A stretch of 64,000 nt of DNA from Eremomyces bilateralis CBS 781.70 (Eukaryota): the NCBI GenBank assembly GCA_010015585.1, contig ML975180.1. One strand, 5' to 3'. Positions within the stretch are counted from its first letter, which is position 1. Every line of letters starts with the position of its first letter. The position numbers and the translations under genes were made by a program. Below are positions 24,244 through 36,335 of the stretch, one piece after another. The notes under the pieces were generated by a model. The model was not told where the DNA came from. It searched no databases and saw only the letters and a list, made by a program, of their open reading frames with translations.

Positions 24244-25757
24244 CAGAGTGTCAGCCAAAATACGGCATCAGCTGATTGAAACCCTTGCATCACAGGGTCC
24301 TCATTCGACGGTGGCGTCCTGTACAGCTTTATTCTTTTTCTTATTAAAGTATACTGTTTTCTCTATGAATTTAAAAGTCTTTCGAATTGAATTACTCGCT
24401 TCAGCGCTTATCTCGAATAATATGGCTGCGCGTACGCCGCAAGAACCAATTGGTGATCTCCACGTCAACCCGAATAGCCCCTTTATCAAATGGGCTGAAT
24501 TTCCGGATATTGTAGGAGAACAATCCGGAGATCTTACGCATCACCAGCGTACTGTGGTCCTTACCTTATCCGAAATAACCAATATTTCGCAGAGGGATCT
24601 TGCACGGGCCCTGGGCATCAATCAATCTACAGTCTCCCGTATCCGTGCTAATTATGAGTACGGCGGAGCAGATGCAGGGTGTAAGCGGAAACGATCTGGG
24701 CGGCCCGCCACCACCAATTTCACCAAAACGGAGCTCGATTCCGTTGAGTCCCTGATTATGAGGAATCGAGACACAAGGCGAATGAATTACGAACAGCTCG
24801 CGGACCTTTTGAACCAGGAAAATGATACGCCAGGGCGCTGGATCGAATGGCGGTTCACGGAGGCGTCGAAAGAGCTTGGGTTCAAATCCTGTCGACCCGG
24901 AAAAAACCCGCGTTAACGCCACGAGCGAAGAAGGTCAGGCACGCGATGGCGCAAGGTAATCAGCATCGGGGATTCAATGAGTGGGAGCGTGTCATCGCGT
25001 GCGACGAGTTCCGTATTGATACCAATCCGGCGGTCTTAAACGAACGGGTGCTCCGGCGCCCTGGAGAGGAGTATCACCCTGATTGCGTGCACGACGAGCG
25101 CTTCAGTGGTCGTGAGGGCGTCTCCTTTTGGGGGGCCTTCTGCGGCGAGCACCATACACCGTTGCTTGAGATCCCTCTAGGCGTGAAAATGGACTCCGCG
25201 GGTTACGTTACGGAGATCCTAGAGCCTCACCTTTGGCCCTTTTACGTGATGACGGAGCGATATGGGGAGGTCGCGTTGCTTGAGGATAACGCTCCTGGGC
25301 ATATGAAGTTCGCTACTAAATGGAGGATCCGTAACGGCATCAATACAGTGGCTCATTCGCCTGCTTCACCGGATCTGAATTACTCTGAGAATATCTGGAG
25401 TCCCGCCAAGGCGGATTTCACACGCCAATTCTGCCTCCGTACGGGCCCTTCACGGGTCCAGAGATGGGAGGTCGTTGAATGGGCGCACGAACGGTATGAT
25501 CAGATCGCGAATCCAGAGCTTTTGATCAAGCTAGTGGAGTCTATGCCACGCAGGATCCAGGCGGTGATCGACGTGGAAGGTGGGCATACGAAGTATTAGG
25601 TAGATAGATCACTAAAACACCATGAAATCGCTATATACGCATAATTAGAGCTTCAAGTCGTGAAATCACCGTATTTTACTAATTAGGCTGTGTGGGTGGT
25701 GATGCAGGACTTTTGCTCAAAAATCAATATCCATGTCGTATTTTGGCTGACACTCTA
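24244..25757 (+). mobile_element. Tc1/mariner (IS630-Tc1-mariner) DNA transposon, 1514 bp, TA target duplication
   Basis: 25-bp TIRs cagagtgtcagccaaaatacggcat (24244-24268) and atgtcgtattttggctgacactcta (25733-25757), 2 mismatches. TA at 24242-24243 and 25758-25759. Confidence 0.92.
24422..25599 (+). pseudogene. Tc1-like transposase split by a -1 frame change at ~24900 (pseudogene or programmed frameshift)
   Basis: Frame A: HTH 'SQRDLARALGINQSTVSRI' and 'RSGRP', stop at 24914-24916. Frame B (-1): 'RKKPALT', 'VIACDE', 'LLEDNAPGH', 'SPDLNYSENIW', 'SMPRRIQAVIDVEGGHTKY'. Confidence 0.85.
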
Positions 25758-26316
25758 TACAATGTACATAGTACACACGTACTGTACCGAGACCATGGTA
25801 GACGATGGATCACCGTAAGGAGTGCCGCCCGAACGAAAAGATACACACACCACACACCACACAGCCCACAGGAAATGAGGAAAGTGCAAAGTGTAAACAA
25901 GAAAGAGGAAAGACTTGACGGTAGCCTTATCTGCTTATCACTTTATTAGTTTAGTGGCAACGCTCGGATCGCCTCTTGCATGTTTTTTCTGTCGGGTTCT
26001 CAGAACAACAGAAGCGCAGAAGCGCAGAACCGAACCGAAAGTTTTGGTAGAGGAATTGTAGTTCACTCGCTGTTGTGTAAGGGACTAACTGCGCCACTCG
26101 ACCCTCGCCTCTCCCGTCTCCACACTCACTGCACTTACCAGACCCTCCACCCGCAGGAAATTCTCCCGGAAATTCTCCAACACCGAAGCCCAAAAAAAGT
26201 GTGCACCTCCTCCTCCGTTCTACAACTCACTCTCATCTTTCTCAATCCTTCTCCCATCTCCATCCTCCCTCCCTTCCCCTCCACCCACTACATCTCACTT
26301 GATCCCCTCTCTCAAT

Positions 26317-27621
26317 ATGAGCGACGAAGTCTTTGATGGTGCCATTGGCATCGATCTTGGTGAGTGCCCTGTCGCACCGTGAATATCACACCGACTGACC
26401 ATGTCTAGGCACCACCTACTCTTGTGTGGCCAATTACGATGGCAACAATGTTGAGATCAGTAAGTGCAACTGCAAATCCATCGTCCAAGGATTCGCTAAT
26501 TGTCGTAGTCGCCAACGAGCAGGGAAGCTTCACCACTCCCTCTTTCGTCTCATTTACCCCGGAAGAGCGATTGATCGGTGAGGCGGCCAAGAATCAGGCT
26601 GCCATGAACCCCGAGAACACCGTCTTCGATGTCAAGTGAGTACCCTGCCTCCGTGCGCAACCATCCACACCGTACTTACATATCATTGAAAGGCGTTTGA
26701 TCGGACGTCGTTTCGAGGACGAGACCGTCAAGAAGGACATCGAGTCGTGGCCGTTCAAGGTTATCGACCAGGGTGGCAACCCCATGGTGCAGGTCGAGTA
26801 TCTTGGAGAGTCCAAGATTTTCTCTCCCCAGGAGATCTCCGCCATGGTTTTGGTCAAGGTGCGTTCCCTCGCAAATCCCCTATATCCCCCGGCTATGCTA
26901 ACCCCCAACAGATGAAGGAAGTTGCCGAGACCAAGCTTGGCAAGAAGGTCGAGAAGGCCGTCGTCACCGTCCCGGCCTACTTCAACGACAACCAGAGACA
27001 GGCAACCAAGGATGCCGGGTCCATCGCTGGTCTCAACGTCCTCCGTATCATCAACGAGCCCACCGCTGCCGCTATCGCCTACGGTCTCGGCTCCGGCAAG
27101 TCCGAGAAGGAGCGTAACGTCATGATCTACGATCTTGGTGGTGGTACGTTCGATGTCTCTCTGCTCCACATCCAAGGTGGCGTCTTCACCGTCAAGGCGA
27201 CCGCCGGAGATACCCATTTGGGTGGTCAAGATTTCGATACCAACCTCCTTGACCATTTCAAGAAGGAGTTCCAACGTAAGACCAAGAAGGATATCTCCGG
27301 TGACGCTCGCGCTCTGCGACGTTTGAGAACCGCCTGTGAGCGCGCGAAGCGGACCCTGTCCAACGGCACGCAAACCACCGTGGAGATTGACTCGCTGTTC
27401 GACGGCGAGGACTTCAACGCCACCATCACCCGTGCCCGTTTCGAGGAGCTGAACGCCAAGGCGTTCAACGGCACTCTGCTGCCTGTCGAGCAGGTCATTA
27501 AGGACTCCGGCATCGAAAAGAACAAGGTCGATGAGATCGTCCTCGTCGGTGGCTCCACCCGTATTCCCCGGATACAGAAGCTGCTCAGCGATTTCTTCAA
27601 CGGAAAGAAGCTCGAGAAGAG

Positions 27622-27666
<45 letters not shown>

Positions 27667-28426
27667 CGGTATCCTCTCCGGAAAGGCTCAATCGGCCGAT
27701 ACCGCGGATCTTCTTCTTCTCGACGTGGTGCCGCTGTCCCTCGGTGTCGCCATGGAGGGCAACATCTTCGCCCCCGTGGTCGCCCGTGGCCAGACCGTCC
27801 CGACCATCAAGAAGCGCACCTTCACCACCGTCGCCGACAGCCAGACCACCGTCCAGTTCCCCGTGTTCCAAGGTGAGCGCGTCAACTGCGAGGACAACAC
27901 CTCGTTGGGCGAGTTCACGCTGGCCCCGATCCCGCCGATGCGCGCGGGCGAGGCGCAGCTCGAGGTCGTCTTCGAAGTCGACGTCAACGGTATCCTCAAG
28001 GTCACCGCCACCGAGAAGACCTCGGGCCGAAGTGCCAACATCACCATTTCCAACTCCGTCGGCAAATTGTCATCCGCGGAGATTGAGAGCATGGTCAACG
28101 GTATGTCCCTTCCCCCCTCATTCTCTCCACATGTATATCGATGCTAATCCCTCACAGACGCCGCCAAGTTCAAGACCAAGGACGAGGAGTTCAGCAAGAA
28201 GTTCGAGTCCAAGCAGCAGCTGGAGTCGTACATCGGCCGTGTCGAGGAGATGATCTCCGACCCGGGCATGTCCCTCAAGCTGAAGCGCGGCCAGAAGGAA
28301 AAGATCGAGTCCTCGTTGAGCGAGGCCATGGCCCAGCTGGAGATCGAGGATGCCAGCGGCGAGGAGCTGCGACGGAAGGAGCTGGCCTTGAAGCGCGTTG
28401 TCACCAAGGCTTTCGCCACTCGTTAA
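26317..28426 (+). CDS. SSB1: Ribosome-associated Hsp70 chaperone Ssb
   Basis: [21 protein letters not shown]..., '[14 protein letters not shown]', Ssb-type '[12 protein letters not shown]' and C-terminus '[13 protein letters not shown]' without EEVD. Five introns. Confidence 0.95.
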
Positions 28427-29258
28427 GGTTTTCATGGGATGTTGGTTGGTGGTTGCGAGGTGTGAGCACCGTTGTGTTCCGGGTGGTTTCTGGGTTGTCG
28501 TTCGGTCCCCATGGGGGCGGAAACGCCATGCATGTGGGACGGTCCCTGTAGGATTGACGTGGTGGGGACTTTTCTCCAAAATCCTCTCCTTTGCCAAAAA
28601 TTGATTGTTCGCACGGTTTCCTTGTCGTGACGAAGAGTCGACCGTTTCAGCATTCAAATTCCTGGGAATTCGGGGGTCTGTCTTAGACGCGGTAATATGA
28701 TTCAAAAGCAAATTGAATGATACTTCTTTACTTCATGCTGGAGATGCTGAGGATATACATGCACACATGTGCCGTTCTTGAATTGTGTGAAAATACCACA
28801 TTGTGAATCCTTCCACACAGGATATGATTTACATCTCCCTATACTCTATATTCCGTATTATACAGCTTGACTCCTAATTTCCACTGCGGGGAAATTGGCA
28901 CTCGGACGGAACAGGAGCCACCAGCCAGTCCTTTTTCCCATCACATGCCAACTTCCCTCCACTTCTACTCGCCAAACTTCCACACCCATCAGATTGAGGG
29001 GAAGAGACGACAGCTCTACCTACCTAATTCTCCCCCCTTCACTATATTCCGTACTCCATACCCGCAATCCATATTACCCTTCCTTCCCCACACGCCTCAG
29101 ATTTTCCCGCCGTCAGGTCCACTCAGTTCGTCCCGCGTGATGGAGCGTGTATGACCGCTCTACCCTTTTCATCCGCGGATTTCTTTCCGTTCTCCTCCTC
29201 CTCCCGTCCTGCCGCCCACCCCGACCTGCCCTTGCCGACGTACAGGACACTTCCAGAT

Positions 29259-30938
29259 ATGTCCTCCTCCGATCGCGCAAGTCGCGGTATGTCCATTGCC
29301 CCCCGCCCTTGCTTGCTCGACCGCACAGTACTGCTACCTTAAGTCTCAAGCTGCTAACTCCTCCTTTCCCAATTCAGGCCGTGCGAAATGGGACCCCCTC
29401 TCGGACGAATCGCTGGCGCCCCTCCGCGAGTATAAATACACCAGCGTTGACAAGTCTCCGTTCTCATACTACGTCCTTCGACCATACGTTCGTCCCCCCG
29501 CTCCCTAAGACAAACCGAACAGACCCCTGACAACCGCGTAGTGGAACTTCGTCGTCGAGCTGCTGCCGCTATGGCTGGCGCCGAACCTGGTGACCCTGTT
29601 GGGGTTCATGGCCATCTTGGGCAACGTGGGATTGCTAGGGATGTATATCCCGGATTTGATAGGACCGGTGCGGTGGATTGGATCTGTTCCCTGGTGAAGA
29701 ATGTCGCTGACGGTTGGCGAGGGGTGTAGGCATCACCATGGCTATACTATAGCTTCGCTGCGGGCGTTTGGTTGTGAGTGGACCGCGAATCGACCTCCCG
29801 GCATGCACGACTTATGTCTGACTTTCGATATCTAGCTACTCGACGATGGACAATATAGACGGCAAGCAAGCACGACGCACGGGGACATCCAGCCCACTGG
29901 GCGAACTTTTTGAGTAAGATCCACCTCTGCAAATACTCAGAAGGGGCTTTAACCAAGTTTTCCATTGCAGCCACGGGATCGATTCCCTGAACTGCACGCT
30001 CGCCAGCCTGCTCGAGACGGCCGCCATGGGCTTCGGCGCCACCCGACCTGGAGCGTTCACCGCGCTGGTGCCGTGCTTGCCCATGTTCTTCTCCACGTGG
30101 GAGACCTACCATACGCACACGCTATACCTGGGTTATTTCAACGGACCGACCGGTATGCTGCCGTTCGCCGTGCAATCGTGGAGCTAGCTAATCGAGTGCA
30201 GAGGGTCTCACGATCGCCGCGCTGATGATGGTGTTTTCCGGTTACTTCGGGCCGGGGATCTGGAGCGAGCCGCTGGCGGGCTTCGTGCCGGTCCTGGGGA
30301 GCCTGCTCGGCGAGACGACCTCCGTGAAAGATGTGTGGGTCCCGTTCCTCACCATCATGTTCCTCGTGTCCCATCTCCCTGCCTGCATCTACCACGTCGT
30401 CCAAGCGCGGCGCGCCAAGAACCTCCCCGTGTGGACCACCTTCTTGGAGTGGTTCCCCATGGGCGTCTTCTGGGCCGGATGCCTCTCCTGGCTGCAGTCG
30501 CCGCACTCCTCCCTCCTCCGCGAAAACCACCTCATCCTGTTTTGCCTGACCATGAGCCTCGTGTTCGGCCGCATGACCACGAAGATCATCCTCGCCCATC
30601 TCACCCGCCAGCCTTTCCCCATGTGGACCGCCATGCTCACCCCGCTTATCGCCGGCGCCGCGATCGGGAACCTGCCCCTCGTCGGCCTCCCGCCCATCCG
30701 ACCCGACCTCGAGCTGTGGTATCTTCGCGCGTACTTCTTGTACGCATCCGTCGTCTACGGCCGCTGGGCCGTGCTGGTGATCGAGGCGTTCTGCCGGTTC
30801 CTCGGCATCAAGGCGCTGACAGTGCCCCCAGAAAAGGTGCAGGCCGCCAAGGCGAAGCAGGAGTCGGCGAATGGGTACGCGTCGCCGCCTGCGAACCGCC
30901 AGCGCTCCAGAGGCTCGGTCCGACGGCGCGAGGTCTAG
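29259..30938 (+). CDS. Choline/ethanolamine phosphotransferase (CDP-alcohol phosphatidyltransferase, EPT1/CPT1 family)
   Basis: '[10 protein letters not shown]', '[11 protein letters not shown]' and the CDP-alcohol motif '[29 protein letters not shown]', followed by several TM segments. First exon 29259-29286 (MSSSDRASR). Confidence 0.9.
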
Positions 30939-31127
30939 ACCCACGATTTCGCACTCCCCTTGTCGAATCCGCGTGCTCGGATGGCGAGGTGGGGTGGATG
31001 TTCGGGGAGAATCACGAGTTACTCCCCGGAGAGAGAGATGGATAGGTTTGCATATTTTTTGAAAATAGCGTTCGGCATCCGCGCCAGCTGTCCGGCTGTC
31101 ATACCTATACCCCATAGCATCCAATGT

Positions 31128-31943
31128 TCATAGATAACCGCCGCCCGAGAACCGGGACCCCATATCCGCGGCCCGGTGCAGCATTTCCTTCTTCTGCGCG
31201 TGCCCAATCTTCATCCCCGTGCCCATGTCCTTCTCATAATCGAACGCCCGCCCACTCGGATCGTCCTCCTTCTCCCGATCCTTCTTCTCCTGATGCCGAT
31301 CATACAACGACTTCCCCTCTCCCCTCCCCTTCTCCCCAACCCGCTCCCTCCCCCTCCGTACCCCCTCCTCCTCTGCCTGCCTCCCCTTCCGCCCCGCCTC
31401 GGGATCCATCCGCCCCATCACCTGATCCGCCAACCTTTTTCGCTTCTCCTCCGCCGTCTCCGTCCACGCCGACCCAATCCCCTCGCCCGCCCCCGGTGCC
31501 CCCTTCCCTTTAAACTTCCGTGCCGGCCGCTTCGTCGGGTCCATCCGCGCCGCGAGGTCGTCTTGCTGGGGGGGGATCGTCATCCATTCGTCGCGCTGGG
31601 GCTTGGTGTCGGCTTCGGGGACGATGCCTTCATCGCGGTCGAACGCCGACGTGACGTCGTGGGGGTCGGTCGAGCCGGCGGGGGGAGGCCGGGGGCCGAA
31701 ATCGTCGTCGCTGCTGGAATCGTCGGATGCCTGGTTCGGGGAGGGGGGGGACGGGGGGCGTTGGGAGAGGGGGGCGGGAGGGGGAGCGGGGCCGATAGTG
31801 CGGCGTTTCTTGTCGGTGGAATCGAGGCTGGGGGAACGGGAAGTTTGCGATGATGATGCGGCGGAGGTGGTTGGTTTGAGGTCCTCGTCGTCACGCTTAC
31901 GTTTTGAGAGGTGGGGTGGGAGGGTTGGGCCAATGGATGGCAT
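31128..31943 (-). CDS. GPALPP1/DUF3752-family protein
   Basis: Repeated 'IGPTLPP','IGPAPPP','FGPRPPP' motifs, 'RDEWMTIPP', 'SAWTET', 'RAFDYEKDM' and C-terminal 'SRFSGGGYL'. Confidence 0.8.
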   Translation of the reverse strand: MPSIGPTLPPHLSKRKRDDEDLKPTTSAASSSQTSRSPSLDSTDKKRRTIGPAPPPAPLSQRPPSPPSPNQASDDSSSDDDFGPRPPPAGSTDPHDVTSAFDRDEGIVPEADTKPQRDEWMTIPPQQDDLAARMDPTKRPARKFKGKGAPGAGEGIGSAWTETAEEKRKRLADQVMGRMDPEAGRKGRQAEEEGVRRGRERVGEKGRGEGKSLYDRHQEKKDREKEDDPSGRAFDYEKDMGTGMKIGHAQKKEMLHRAADMGSRFSGGGYL

Positions 31944-34900
31944 AGTTGGTTTCTCGGAGTTCGAGCGGAGAGGAAGGTTGATGAGGTATAAGAGCTCTGT
32001 CGGGGTTTGGGTTTCTGCTGTAATTAACCAGGACGACAAAGGTGGGAGGATGCAGTCTGCTATAGAGATGGAGATGGACTGGAGGTTCACGTTGGGAGAA
32101 TCAGGCATGCAGGCATCAATGTTTATATCAACAACCTCTGTACGTGACTACATTCAACTACACACGTGACTCGCGAACACATTATATCGTGGACTTCATC
32201 CAAGACCTCTCCCTCATCATATTATAAAGTACAGACTCCCTTCTATCCGAATATATCAGTAGTTGGGCATCTGTTCTCTGCCCATGTGGCATGCTCGGCG
32301 TCCTTTATGGCTTCGTGTATGACAAACACGAAGTTGTGAATCCTTCGAACCTAGAGACCTTCAGATACGTCTTGTATATCGAAGGTTGGTGCACCATTGC
32401 ATGCGTGTAAGACGTCTCAACTCGAAAGTCCTTCCTCAACTTTTATGTTTTAGCCTCCGTCAAATCCTGCTGTTCGATATCTTCCGCCACCAGGCAAAAG
32501 CAAGGTCAGTGGCTGCATGTAAGACGTCAAGGCTGGTTGCCTTCATCCTTATATCTCTTGCCGATCCAGGACTAGCGGAACCTGCAATGCTGTGCAGCAA
32601 CCAAACCAACAGGTCGAGGATGTCGCTGGCTCGCTTCTCCGTTGACACGGCGATCTAAGCCTTGCGGTTGGGCAACCGTCAGCCTTCCGACCTCACACGA
32701 ACTACGAAGCCCTGAACGAGGGGGATAGTTTAATGCTTCCAGAACGTTACCCAACACGGTAACCCCATCATCAAGGATAAGTCCGCCTGGACATTTTCTC
32801 ACGATCATCTTCTGGACATTGAGAGGATCGGGGAAATTTCCCTCGCACTATAGGTAATAGGATGCATCGGATTATTCGGGAGGCCGCCGAATGGCAAGCA
32901 GATTACGTCACTGAGACTAGAACTATGACACATGACCCGAAGAAGCGCTCGCATCCTCCCAATCCGACAAAGCCATTCACTGGAAGGGGGTACATCCTAC
33001 TCGACTCCGTATACATCAAGTACGGGAAGCGGAAAGGGGCGAAAACTGACCCCCATATTCCGTAAATTTTGGCACTTTTACACCTATTGACAGGGTTTGC
33101 GGCGACTCCGAGTTTCCGAGGCACTTGATCGAGTCCAATACAGATACATAAAACATGGACGTCCTCTCGTGTGTCATTGTTTTGCGTCGGCCGTGGGAAG
33201 ATTGTTGAGTCCGTCCATATAACCTTTGAAAATGGACGGACCAAGATCATATTAGAACTGATGTCGTTAACGGGCACGGATTGTATATGCGACGAAGAGC
33301 CTAATAGCGTGTGAGCTGCGCTGAGAGCTGAAGCCTGGAATGGCTCCTCACATAAACATGTCAACTATTCTTCCCTAACCTCACACCATCAATTGATCAC
33401 TGGGGTTTCCACTATGGAAGTGTGTACTCAGAAATAACTGCCGTATCACCGTGTGGCACACTGGTGCCCGACTCCCCGGTTTGCAGCCAGTGCCAAGCTG
33501 TGGGCAGTGCTTCTTTCTTATTTGTCTCATTTGGACTACTGTATTGGTTGCGGCGCTAAAAAAGTATTTCGATTTTCACATGTCTGCGATCGCACTTTCG
33601 AGCAACCCTGCGATTCCCCTTACTATTACATAGCGGGGTATATTTGAGCCTTGGAGTGGGCTTCTTCAAGTTTAAACCTCTATCCCCTCCAATCATCTGA
33701 GCTGGGTATTTCGGCGACGCACCAAATCCACCGGCTTGTTCGGTACTATGTACAGACTACAGACGAACTGGATGTTTGTTGATATCTCCTGAGCCAGGAT
33801 GTGTTAGTCGATGACGAATCCGAAAAGGCTTTCGAGGATCTGACAGGCGAAGTTAGTGCCCGCATCGAACATTCCGTAGCACGGATGGAAGGAAAAAGTA
33901 ATTATATTAACCCGGATCACTTAACTATCGACTATAATCTACTGTTTACATAGCATCTGGTCGAACCTGAATTTGTCACGTCTAGGACACGTCAATTTGG
34001 CACGGGAGGGAAAGACATAGTACACTATTTCTGTTGCCCTAGATCCGGATCTGAATACCATGGGGAGAGCAGAATATCAAGCCTTCGTATTTCGAAGGAC
34101 TATCGTGTTTGGCACCATCAAGGACATCGAGATGAATCTCAGCATCATGCCTCGGGATGGCGGAACTCCAATGCACGGCCTCGAGCACGACCCGTCCTAT
34201 TTTCTGGTATCTGGTGATATACGTACAATGATCCGTTAGCTACGACGCGACGATATTAGATGGATCTAGGGGCCTCCCTTTTGATGATATACCTACTCGA
34301 GAAGTGCAATTTTGCATACCTTATTGAGACACCAAGCTGGCAAACTCCCGACATAGACGGCCAATCACCAAATGTATGGTTCCCATTTCTAATGTCAGAG
34401 CTGGCACATTGAGAGGGAGAAGGGCGGCTTTGGCAGTAAAATAACGATTGCATAAAACGCAATCTCACCATCCTGTCAGCCTTCAATGCTCCCTTAGCCC
34501 CGGGACAATGTAACGTCCCAGCGTCCCAAGGTGCGGCATCTTTTGCCCCGAAAGGGGGATACAAAGGATACGGAAGCAAAACCATGGGATCATACAGGTC
34601 CTTTTCCGTACCTACCAACTGTGGACTGTAGCGTGACGTTGGAATGTTACCGCCCACAGGGGAAACGTTTTACGTTCCCTGTTCCTATATCGAAACCATG
34701 CATGGCTGGTGAGAGAGCCGGATGGCATGTAGTTTATACTGATCGGCCGAACCGTGGTCGTTTTCTTCATGTTGGATGATCACGACTGAGGTGGAGGAGT
34801 TATTCTGACGTCTGCCACAAAGGGACGATGTTCCAAAGGGCATCCAATTTCCAAAGGGTCCAGCGCATAAGGTATTTACCTCCGGGGAGAGGATACAGTT

Positions 34901-36335
34901 CATACCAAGTATTTGGTAATAAGAGCTGAATCAGGGCGAAAGAAAGGCAACATAGCACAGGACTTTGGGACTTAGGTTCATCCGCTACTTATTGTTATGA
35001 GCCTTGAGTACTTATCGTACTGCTACGTTACCTAGTCTTCTACATTGATCGGGAGCGAGTTTATCGTGTCCCGTCCTGGCTGAAACAGCTACACTTACTA
35101 CTCACTAACCAAGATGTATAATTAATATTTCAGCATTATCTATAATACTTACTTTCTTCCTTGCTCATCAGTTCATCGGTTCGTCTGCCGCCTCGTCTCC
35201 CTTAGACCTTAAGTCCTTAACTTAACTAAATACCATTAGCCTCCCCACTCTCTTCCAGTCCACCCAGCCCTCGACTATCCAACAGGCGCCTCCCGCCGTC
35301 CCGCGGCACCACCTGCTGGAGTCTCGAGTCTTTGTTCTGTTCGCGCTAATCCTGGGTACTTGGGATGATTTTATCATTAATGAGGGGCAGAGGGGGAGAA
35401 AGCTGCGCGCCAGTTTCCCAGTCTCTTGATTACAGGCACACCCGATTCCAGAACCTTTTCTCTCCGACAGTCCGATCAACGGTAAGTAGCGCTTCAGTGC
35501 TTCACCCTTGGAAATTTGCTCCACCCTGGGGCTTATGCATTCCTTGCTGGTGCATAAGTAAAAAGCTCAACTTCGAAACTTTAAGAAGATCATCGTACCA
35601 CATTACAATTACTTAACTACCAGTTCACCAGTTTATCGCTTTACTACATGCGCAAACGCCAAACTGCGATCAAGGAACCCTCTAGGACACCAACTGGAAA
35701 CCCTTGACCTTAAATCCTGCTTCTATTGATCTTCGTCCCCTCCGATATCCGATTGCCCGAATCATTAAGTACGGTGGCTTTGCTCCGACGACTTTGCAGG
35801 AGGCTGCCTGCACCTTGCGACGCCCGCACCCCTCGATATCCCGTCGACCTGGCTCTCTTCCCCGCCGCGGCTTGGATAATTCCCCTTGAACTACGCAGAT
35901 GACCACCAGCGGTTCGCTATCGATAGCCCCTCGAGGAAGGATCGTCACTACTTTTTGTCATCATCGCAAACCGTTTGCCGCCCACCACTATCCGCCTTTC
36001 AACTTGGTCACCAGCCATTGAAGGACTCCTCTTCCTTCGTTTCGACGTGACCAAGACGCGACTTCGACTCCTCGCAACACCCGAAACTGCTAGCCGTGGA
36101 CTGGATCATATTTGTCGGGATCGACACGCTTGGGCACCGCGGCGGCTCGGCACGCAGCTTGAACCTCCACTGTCTTGTCCCATCTGCGCTCACGTCTTCG
36201 CGTCAGATATTGTACAACTTGGACTCGTTGCGATTTTGTCTCGACGGAGGGCATAGTATAATCAACTACGAGGGGTTAATTCCATCATTCGCCTAGAAGC
36301 ACCGTCGCGCCAGATCTGCGCCGGACTATCCCGCT

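Noticed and set aside
24909..24951. H-type pseudoknot stimulating the Tc1 frameshift (cgcgt/acgcg plus cgcca/tggcg)
   Set aside because: Stem 1 would start only 1 nt after the heptamer and the loop geometry is non-canonical.
18402..25757. Composite transposon carrying UBE2W and the orphan gene between the hAT and Tc1 elements
   Set aside because: The elements belong to different superfamilies with unrelated ends, and the Tc1 has its own TA duplication.
26000..26178. GAA-rich repeats and ggaaattctcc x2 upstream of SSB as heat-shock elements
   Set aside because: Spacing is GAAnTTC or 8-bp periodic, not nGAAnnTTCn, and Ssb-type Hsp70s are not classically heat-induced.
26594..27871. 425-aa antisense ORF opposite the Hsp70 gene
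   Set aside because: Long antisense ORFs are a well-known by-product of Hsp70 codon bias; no independent coding signal.
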